From: Chthonomonas calidirosea
Lineage (GTDB): Bacteria; Armatimonadota; Fimbriimonadia; Fimbriimonadales; Fimbriimonadaceae
Length of the DNA: 11,358 bases
Direction: 5' to 3'
Assembly: GCA_945859975.1 (NCBI GenBank)
Contig: CAMAPH010000066.1
Location: 1-11,358 of the forward strand
Shown here: piece after piece, positions 1 to 5,607 of the stretch
How positions within the stretch are numbered: the first letter of the stretch is position 1
Layout of the letters: each line of letters begins with the position of its first letter
Notes under the pieces: generated by a model
The model's input: only the letters and a program-made list of their open reading frames with translations
What the model was told of the DNA's origin: nothing
Database searches by the model: none
Translations under genes and position numbers: made by a program

Positions 1-240
1 AACCAATCAGGAGAGCAATGGGAGATCGCCGGAAAGGCCGAAAGAGATTCCCAAAAGCGAACCGAGTACCTGAACCAGGCCGCCCTCGTGTACTTCACCG
101 CCGCCACCGAAACCAAAAACCTCGGCGACCCCAGCCAGTACTCGCGCGCACGGCAAACCCTCTATGCCGCCCAGCGCGTCGTAACGCCCCAAAGCGACCT
201 AGCCGGCCAAATCCAGTCACTGCTCACTACCCTGCAGTAA
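1..240 (+). CDS. 3' end of an alpha-helical (TPR-like?) hypothetical protein, partial
   Basis: Frame +1 is open from base 1 to TAA at 238-240 (NQSGEQWEIAGKAERDSQKRTEYLNQAALVYFTAA...QIQSLLTTLQ*). Codon usage resembles the other + strand genes and it converges on the SDR stop at 244. It is absent from the ORF track because its start lies outside the window. Confidence 0.7.
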   Translation, partial: NQSGEQWEIAGKAERDSQKRTEYLNQAALVYFTAATETKNLGDPSQYSRARQTLYAAQRVVTPQSDLAGQIQSLLTTLQ

Positions 241-243
241 TGC

Positions 244-1023
244 TCAGCCCGCCGACCGTATCAACGCGCCGTCCACCAGCAAATTGACGCCGGAAATGTA
301 GCCGCTATCCACTCCGCACAGCATCACAATCGGCGCCGCGATCTCCCTCGGATCAGCCAGCCGTCCCATCGGAACCTCTGCCGCCTGCTTCTCGAGCGCC
401 TCTTCCGGCGTAATGTTCTCTCGCTTTGCCCGAACATCAGCCAAGTGCCGTTGCCGATCCGTCAAGGTATGACCTGGCAAAACTGCATTAACCGTTACAC
501 CGGATGGAGCCAACTGGCGCGCCTGCAGCCGAGTCAAGTTCATCAGCCCACCACGCAAAGTGCTCGAGACCGCGAGAATGTCAGATGCCTCTTTTGCCAC
601 CAGCGAAGTCACGTGAACAATCCGTCCCCACTTCGCCTCCACCATTCCCGGTGAGACCAAGTTCACGAGCCGCACTACGTTCATCAACGTCGACTCGAAC
701 CCACTTTGCCACTGCTCCTCGCTCAAGTCCGACAACAACCCCGCCGGCGGACCGCCCGTATTCGTGATCAAAATCTCCGGCGTGCCAAGGTCTTGCTGAG
801 TCTGTTCCAACCACCAAGCCAAGTCCTCTGCGTCCGCCACGTCCACAACATAAGACCGCGACTCGCCCTGAATCTCCGCCTCCGCAGCCTCGAGCGTCTC
901 CTCGGTCCGGCCACAAATAGAAACCCGGCAACCTTCCTCCGCCAGCAGCTTCGCCGTCGCCAGCCCAATGCCCTTACTCGCCGCCGCGACCATCGCAACC
1001 TTTCCTGCAATCCCTAGATTCAT
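244..1023 (-). CDS. Short-chain dehydrogenase/reductase (SDR, FabG/BKR-like subgroup), 259 aa
   Basis: The likely start is MNLGIAGK at ATG 1023; the longer ORF-track version runs through a terminator and overlaps the upstream gene. Motifs: VAAASKGIG (Rossmann glycine motif), NTGGP, GRIVHVTS, SSTLR in place of YxxxK, GVTVNAVLPG and ISGVNLLVDG. Confidence 0.92.
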   Translation of the reverse strand: MNLGIAGKVAMVAAASKGIGLATAKLLAEEGCRVSICGRTEETLEAAEAEIQGESRSYVVDVADAEDLAWWLEQTQQDLGTPEILITNTGGPPAGLLSDLSEEQWQSGFESTLMNVVRLVNLVSPGMVEAKWGRIVHVTSLVAKEASDILAVSSTLRGGLMNLTRLQARQLAPSGVTVNAVLPGHTLTDRQRHLADVRAKRENITPEEALEKQAAEVPMGRLADPREIAAPIVMLCGVDSGYISGVNLLVDGALIRSAG

Positions 1024-1046
1024 ATTCCGAGTATGACCAGCCACAC

Positions 1047-1085
1047 AAACAAAAGCGGGCCAAGCGTCTCCGCTTGGCCCGCTTT
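1047..1085 (-). terminator. Intrinsic terminator of the beta-barrel gene
   Basis: Perfect 15-bp inverted repeat AAAGCGGGCCAAGCG (1052-1066) / CGCTTGGCCCGCTTT (1071-1085) with a 4-nt loop. On the minus strand it runs into TTTTGTTTG. It lies 14 nt after the stop at 1100. Confidence 0.85.
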
Positions 1086-1099
1086 CGGCTAACGAAAAG

Positions 1100-1777
1100 T
1101 TAGAATCGGAAGCCGACGGTAAGGCTGACCGAATCGGTCGAAACGCCGTCCACCTTCGGACCAAAGTTGAGCGCAAGCTCAGCCGAAGTCAATGGATTGA
1201 ACTTGTAGCCCGCAAGCACGCGACCACCGATCGAGAACCGAGTCTCATCGGCCATTCGGCTGCCGTTGGCATTAAATCGGACAGGATTAGCAGCCGCATT
1301 GCCGCCGCTTCCGCCACCGTTGCCGCCACCACCACCGGGGTTTGCTACTGGCGAGCCAAATCGGCCCTTAACTCGGACCAACTGAACGCCCGCGCCATAA
1401 CCAGCATAGAAGCCGCGATCGGTTCCGCCAGCTGCGTCCAGAAGAACTCGCTCAACGAACTGAACGCCGAACACATCGCCGGTGCCCGAGCTGTTGCCCC
1501 GGTTAATTCGGCCCGTAAACTCAACAAAGGACTGAGCGTTGGACTTGAAAAGTCCACCAACGTTCAGTTGTCGGCCGATGCCGAACTCAATCCCGTTCTG
1601 GCTCGTGAGGTCTCGACCGGTCGTTGCCGTAAGGCTGTTGAATCCGAATCGAACGAGCCACGGCTTTTCTAAGGCAGCCTGAACGGCGGTAGGTGTCACT
1701 TCGGTTGCGCCGGCAACGGCTCCCAAGACAAGGGCGAGCGCACTAACGGCGAGTGCTCGGTTAAGGTTATTTTGCAT
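1100..1777 (-). CDS. Exported outer-membrane beta-barrel-like protein, 225 aa
   Basis: N-terminal signal peptide (MQNNLNRALAVSALALVLGAVAGA), alternating beta-strand patterns (FYAGYGAGVQLVRV, GGRVLAGYKF, AELALNF), and a C-terminal SVSLTVGFRF ending in Phe as in BAM substrates. AGGA lies about 8 nt upstream of the ATG. Confidence 0.75.
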   Translation of the reverse strand: MQNNLNRALAVSALALVLGAVAGATEVTPTAVQAALEKPWLVRFGFNSLTATTGRDLTSQNGIEFGIGRQLNVGGLFKSNAQSFVEFTGRINRGNSSGTGDVFGVQFVERVLLDAAGGTDRGFYAGYGAGVQLVRVKGRFGSPVANPGGGGGNGGGSGGNAAANPVRFNANGSRMADETRFSIGGRVLAGYKFNPLTSAELALNFGPKVDGVSTDSVSLTVGFRF

Positions 1778-1828
1778 TGGATTGTTCCTACCAATCAGGT
1801 TCTAAGTCGCCTGATCAGAGATCGACAC

Positions 1829-3493
1829 TCAGTATATGTCTGTCGAAAAATTTATGCCACCGTTTTTGATCAGCACGTGAACCAGGTACCTAGCGTCGCT
1901 GTCCGAGAGCGCGTGCGTACGAGCCACCGCCGTCACGACCGAACCGAAAGTCGCCCCGGCTTTGCTCACCGCCTCAAGAGCCGTCGCAACCGCGGCCGTT
2001 TCAATCACCGGCGCCATCTCGTTGTAAAAGGAAATCGGCACCCCGCGCTTCGCGGCCTTCCCGTTCAGCCCCAACTCCAACTTCCGATCGTCCTGAATCC
2101 GCCAAGTCGAGTAACCACCAAACGACTGCGCGTAAGGCGGAATCGGACTCCAGCTATCCACCGCCTCTCGTCGCACCGCTCTCGATTCCGCCGTCTCAGC
2201 CTGCGCAATCGATAACAATTCGAAAGAAAGCTCAACAAATCGCTCATACACCGGCTTCATCGCAAACCGATCTGCCGACTTCCGTGCCCCTTCTCCCAAG
2301 GTCGCCCGAAGCTCCGGTTGCGTCAACATCTGCCGCATCGCCGCACTCAGTGCCACCTCGTCAATCACTGCCGACTGGCTGAACAACATATAGTTCGTGT
2401 CCAAATCCAGCAAAGGCGAAACCGCCGAAACCCGATCAAGCTGCTCGCAGAAGTAAATCGGCACCAAAAGCCCGTTCTCCCCGTGCCGCACAATGTCCCG
2501 CGCGCCGTCCCAGTCTGTCGAAATCACCGGCAACCCGCTCGCAATCGCCTCGACCAGCACATTCCCAAACGCCTCCTGAATCGTGTCGCTCGGGAACAAG
2601 AATGCGTCCGCCGCCTGATACGGCAAGTGCCGGAAGGTCAGCGGAATCGCCCCTTCAAACCGAACCTGCCCGCTAATCCCCAACTCCGCCGCAATCGACC
2701 GCAAATGGTCAACGTAGCCCGGCGCATTCTCTTTGCCCGCGATGAGCAGAACGGCATCCTGAACCTTCGCCGCCGCAAAAGCCCGCAAAACCGGAATCAA
2801 ATCCGACTTCGCGTGGGGCGAAATCCGCCCGAAGTACAGCAGCGTCGGCGCATCCGCCGGAATCCGAAATGCTGCCTTAGCCTGCGCCCGAAGCTCGGCC
2901 GTCGCCGGCTGAAACTGGTCCAAATCCACCCCGTTCGGCACCGTCTCCATCCGGCAAGGAACCTCTGCCCCCGGCACCAAAGCCCGGAAAGACGCCTCAT
3001 AAGCCGCCGTCGTAAAGCTGCTCGGCGAAACCACCGCATCAAACTCCACCCGCCCCGCCTCGGCCAGTCGCTGCAAAGGTCCCCAAACTTCCTTGATCCC
3101 GTGCGAGCTGCTCGTGCAATAAATCGCCGTCGGCCCGGCCGCAAACCGATCTCGCAAAGCCCGCTCCCGCGCCAGATTCACCGGGTCAAAACAGTGGTGA
3201 ATTCGTGGATGCGGGTCCTTCCAAACCAGCGGCAAGCTCGTAAAGGGATAAAACCGCAGCACCCCCTGCCCCCGCCGATGCGCCGGCAAAACGTTGTTCG
3301 CAATCTCCAGCAGCTTCCCCGGCTCCGAAACCACCAGCGGATGCACAAAAACCTCCAGCGCCTCAACCCGCTCGTCATGCAGAATCCGCCGAAACCGATC
3401 CGGAAACTTAACCGCCGGCCCCACGAAGTTGGCCCCCTGCGCCGGGTCCAAAAATTCGAGGTTCTCCAAAATAATGGAAACAATCGGTCGCAT
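1829..3493 (-). CDS. Glycosyltransferase family 4 (GT-B) protein, ~554 aa
   Basis: Motifs [27 protein letters not shown], and [53 protein letters not shown] (ExFG-x4-E). The start is set at ATG 3493 (MRPIVSII) because the ORF-track start at 3571 lies inside the tRNA. Confidence 0.9.
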   Translation of the reverse strand: MRPIVSIILENLEFLDPAQGANFVGPAVKFPDRFRRILHDERVEALEVFVHPLVVSEPGKLLEIANNVLPAHRRGQGVLRFYPFTSLPLVWKDPHPRIHHCFDPVNLARERALRDRFAAGPTAIYCTSSSHGIKEVWGPLQRLAEAGRVEFDAVVSPSSFTTAAYEASFRALVPGAEVPCRMETVPNGVDLDQFQPATAELRAQAKAAFRIPADAPTLLYFGRISPHAKSDLIPVLRAFAAAKVQDAVLLIAGKENAPGYVDHLRSIAAELGISGQVRFEGAIPLTFRHLPYQAADAFLFPSDTIQEAFGNVLVEAIASGLPVISTDWDGARDIVRHGENGLLVPIYFCEQLDRVSAVSPLLDLDTNYMLFSQSAVIDEVALSAAMRQMLTQPELRATLGEGARKSADRFAMKPVYERFVELSFELLSIAQAETAESRAVRREAVDSWSPIPPYAQSFGGYSTWRIQDDRKLELGLNGKAAKRGVPISFYNEMAPVIETAAVATALEAVSKAGATFGSVVTAVARTHALSDSDARYLVHVLIKNGGINFSTDIY

Positions 3494-3524
3494 CACCCTA
3501 CAATACTTCCCTAACGATTGCCAG

Positions 3525-3530
3525 TAAAAT
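3525..3530 (+). promoter_or_regulatory. Putative -10 box for tRNA-Ser
   Basis: TAAAAT 13 nt upstream of the mature tRNA 5' end. No convincing -35 was found. Confidence 0.45.
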
Positions 3531-3543
3531 AAAAGCCAACCGG

Positions 3544-3631
3544 GGAGAGGTGGTAGAGCGGTTGATTGCACCTGTCTTGAAAACAGGAGTGCCGAAAGGC
3601 ATCAGGGGTTCGAATCCCCTCCTCTCCTCCA
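3544..3631 (+). tRNA. tRNA-Ser (anticodon TGA), 88 nt, encoded CCA
   Basis: Acceptor stem GGAGAGG/CCTCTCC, anticodon arm CCTGT-CT-TGA-AA-ACAGG (TGA at 3578-3580), long variable arm GTGCC-GAAA-GGCAT, T arm AGGGG-TTCGAAT-CCCCT, and a 3' end of T-CCA. Confidence 0.97.
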
Positions 3632-3649
3632 GCAGAATTATTGCGTGAA

Positions 3650-3691
3650 CCCCCTCTCCATTCCGATGGAGAGGGGGCAGGGGGTGAGGAA
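3650..3691 (+). repeat. Palindromic REP-like element (CCCTCTCC...GGAGAGGG...GGGGTGAGG type)
   Basis: 12-bp stem CCCCCTCTCCAT/ATGGAGAGGGGG with a TCCG loop, followed by CAGGGGGTGAGG and no U tract. The tail recurs at 5393-5407 (14/15 identical). Confidence 0.65.
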
Positions 3692-3701
3692 GTTGCACCG
3701 C

Positions 3702-3995
3702 ATGAATCGAGCCGCGCAAGCGCTGAATGATCATAGACAGGAAATCCTTTCGCTTGCCGAACGCTATCAGTTGCGAAGCGTAAAGGTATTCGGTTCCGTC
3801 GCCCGCGGGTCCGATGACGACAGCAGCGACCTGGACCTGCTCGTCGATGCCCCAGAAGGCGTATCGCTCTTATCGCTTGGTGGCTTCCTAATGGATGTCC
3901 GCGATCTTCTCGGAGTTCCCGTAGACGTCACGACCGTCAAGATGCTCAAGCCAAGAATCAGAGATCGCGTCCTGCGCGATGCTGTGCCGCTTTAA
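3702..3995 (+). CDS. Minimal nucleotidyltransferase (MNT, MntA-like antitoxin family), 97 aa
   Basis: [23 protein letters not shown] contains the GS-x10-DxD signature, followed by LLGVPVDV (third Asp) and [19 protein letters not shown] 3702 is preceded by GAGGA at 3686-3690. Confidence 0.9.
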   Translation: MNRAAQALNDHRQEILSLAERYQLRSVKVFGSVARGSDDDSSDLDLLVDAPEGVSLLSLGGFLMDVRDLLGVPVDVTTVKMLKPRIRDRVLRDAVPL

Positions 3996-4045
3996 TGAAT
4001 CGAGCCGAGCACGTACAACCGCGCAAAATCCAAGACCCAAGTTCC

Positions 4046-4069
4046 GTAGCTCACTCGTCCCGAGTGAGT
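4046..4069 (+). repeat. GTAG-type REP-like palindrome
   Basis: GTAG immediately followed by a perfect 8-bp stem, CTCACTCG-TCC-CGAGTGAG. Confidence 0.6.
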
Positions 4070-4071
4070 CC

Positions 4072-4211
4072 GCGTAGCCGCAATTCACGAGCCATCTCCC
4101 CAACCCGACTTACCCCGGTAGGGGTTAAAGAAGTTAGCCAGGCATTGAAAATGCCTGGTACGCCAACCCGACCCGCAAAAGTCCGCAGAGCCCCGCGACC
4201 CCCGCGCGAAC
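4072..4211 (+). repeat. Direct repeat copy 1 (REP/REPIN-like unit)
   Basis: 4111-4211 aligns without gaps to 5209-5309 with 11 mismatches in 101 nt. Weaker similarity (GCRTAGCCGCAATT...CAACYCGA) extends ~39 nt further left. Contains the hairpins ACCCC-GGTA-GGGGT and CCAGGCATT-GAA-AATGCCTGG. Confidence 0.9.
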
Positions 4212-4421
4212 CCCCTTTCCATTCCAAAGAAATGGCCGCAGTCCAGTTAACGTTACGCACAAGTCCGCAAACTAAATTACCGACTTTACAAGCAGCTTTT
4301 GCGGAACACTCTAGGCCGCAATGACATGCGTAGAACCCGGACTTTCGCAGAGCCTTCAATCCACTTCCAGCCTGCTTCAGACTTTATCGGCACCACATGC
4401 TCTAAAAGAAACCTTAAAGTC

Positions 4422-4931
4422 TTACTCACTTCTGATCGGCACCTCGACGGGGCCGTCGAGGATGACGGTGCCGCTAGAACTACCGCCTGAAATGAGGCTA
4501 ACGTTATTTAGCCTGGCCATAAAGACGTTGCCATCGTTGGACAGCACCGTTATTGATCCGGAAACAGACGTCCATCTTTTATCACCTTCTTCAAACGTTT
4601 CCGTGTAATCTACAAATGGTGGAACAGGCGGTAACACGCGCTGAAACTCATAGGTACCGGGTTCTGGATTCACATCTGCAAACTCTATTCGAACCACGCG
4701 GGCAAGTGCAACCGGTTCTTGCTCAGCAACAGAAAGGCTTATCGCGAAGTTGGTGCCTCCGTAAGGGGCTGCGAATGCCTCTGTCGTGACCGTAATTGGC
4801 GTTCGCCGCCCGTCGTACGTGTCACTCCCGCTAAAGGATACATCTATTACAAGTGGAATGTTACCCGAAGAACCACCGCAACCCCATATAAACATTGCGA
4901 CAAAGGCGAGAGCAATCTTTTGGCTGCGCAT
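4422..4931 (-). CDS. Putative lipoprotein of unknown function, 169 aa
   Basis: MRSQKIALAFVAMFIWG-CGGSSG has a basic n-region, a hydrophobic h-region and a lipobox-like IWGC followed by a Gly/Ser linker. The rest is beta-strand-rich. It appears more AT-rich than its neighbours by eye. Confidence 0.75.
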   Translation of the reverse strand: MRSQKIALAFVAMFIWGCGGSSGNIPLVIDVSFSGSDTYDGRRTPITVTTEAFAAPYGGTNFAISLSVAEQEPVALARVVRIEFADVNPEPGTYEFQRVLPPVPPFVDYTETFEEGDKRWTSVSGSITVLSNDGNVFMARLNNVSLISGGSSSGTVILDGPVEVPIRSE

Positions 4932-5170
4932 GTTGTACTATGACGCCAATCTCGGCGAATCTGATGGATTTTTCTTCTTTTCCCCTACAAATGCTCGCTT
5001 GGCCATCCCAAGACTTTCTGATCACGCCAAGTGACACGACATTTTTTGCAACTACCGCTGATTCGCTTTATGTCGGAACCGCGGGCTCGTTGCGCGTTAA
5101 GAACTAAGCAGACTAGGAACTGACTCTATCCTCAGTCTAGGTTGAATGCTTCTCCGCGACTAAGGTATTT

Positions 5171-5309
5171 GCATAGCCGCAATTAAGCAACCGGGCCACA
5201 ACTCGAAATACCCCGGTAGGGGTCAAAGAAGGTAGCCAGGCATTGAAAATGCCTGGTCAGCCAACCCGAACCTCAAAAGTCCGAGGAGCGCAGCGCCCCC
5301 CGCGCGAAC
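5171..5309 (+). repeat. Direct repeat copy 2 (REP/REPIN-like unit)
   Basis: Counterpart of 4072-4211. In this copy the 9-bp palindrome is preceded by an exact GTAG (GTAG-CCAGGCATT-GAA-AATGCCTGG). Confidence 0.9.
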
Positions 5310-5439
5310 GGAAACTACCGAACACGCACCTTCCGTAGCGCAAACCCCATCCCTTCGAGTACCAATCTCTCCAGCAGGCTCAAAGCCCACGAGCAAGGGG
5401 TGAGGAATCCGCCCAGCCAAATCAACCGAACCCCATAAA

Positions 5440-5573
5440 CGAAAAACGCCCTCCAAAAATGGAGAGCGACTTCGTTCGACCCTTTCGGACCTCTATTTTT
5501 TCGTTGCCCCTGGGGGCATATCCTGCGGACAAAGTCCTTATTGAGAAAGTACCGCAAGCCTTGATCTGATACC
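5440..5573 (-). ncRNA. tracrRNA
   Basis: 5540-5572 (ATTGAGAAAGTACCGCAAGCCTTGATCTGATAC) matches the reverse-complemented CRISPR repeat at 25/33 positions without gaps, and two of the differences are G-U wobbles. On the minus strand the anti-repeat is followed by a nexus-like AAGGAC-UUU-GUCCG, further hairpins and an intrinsic terminator. Confidence 0.9.
5442..5468 (-). terminator. tracrRNA intrinsic terminator
   Basis: The minus strand reads CGCUCUCCA-UUUU-UGGAGGGCG-UUUUUCGUUU, a 9-bp stem with one G-U pair plus a U tract. Confidence 0.85.
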
Positions 5574-5578
5574 GAAAT

Positions 5579-5607
5579 ACTATATCCTATGCGGAGTCAT
5601 GTCGCAA
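5579..5607 (-). promoter_or_regulatory. Putative sigma70-type tracrRNA promoter
   Basis: Minus strand TTGCGA (5607-5602), a 17-nt spacer, then TATAGT (5584-5579). The predicted start site at 5573/5572 is exactly the start of the anti-repeat. Confidence 0.65.

Noticed and set aside
244..1023. SDR lacks the catalytic YxxxK (has SSTLR) and the canonical TGxxxGxG (has AASKGIG)
   Set aside because: Both variants are typical of a known BKR-like SDR subgroup, so this is neither a pseudogene nor a novelty.
1024..1176. N-terminal extension of the SDR in the ORF track
   Set aside because: It runs through the terminator hairpin and overlaps the beta-barrel gene; the SDR fold starts at MNLGIAGK.
2318..3514. 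398-aa plus-strand ORF antisense to the GT4 gene, and similar Arg-rich shadow ORFs elsewhere
   Set aside because: Arg/Pro/Gln-rich shadow frames are expected from GC-rich codon bias and show no recognisable motifs.
3494..3571. N-terminal extension of GT4 in the ORF track
   Set aside because: It overlaps tRNA-Ser and its promoter region.
3650..3660. CCCCCTCTCCA resembling the tRNA 3' end (possible att duplication)
   Set aside because: The match is short, gapped and low in complexity, and is better explained as the left arm of the palindrome. There is no integrase nearby.
3995..4324. 109-aa ORF as the HEPN toxin partner of the MNT
   Set aside because: It has no DUF86-like helical pattern or properly placed Rx4-6H motif, is Pro/Arg/Ser-rich, and crosses REP-like repeats.
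4399..4407. Minus-strand TTTTAGAGC resembling the start of type II-A repeats
   Set aside because: A single 9-nt match with no array or partner, compatible with chance.
5540..5572. Orphan degenerate CRISPR repeat or mini-array upstream of cas9
   Set aside because: The G-U-compatible differences, bulges, nexus, promoter and terminator identify it as the tracrRNA anti-repeat.
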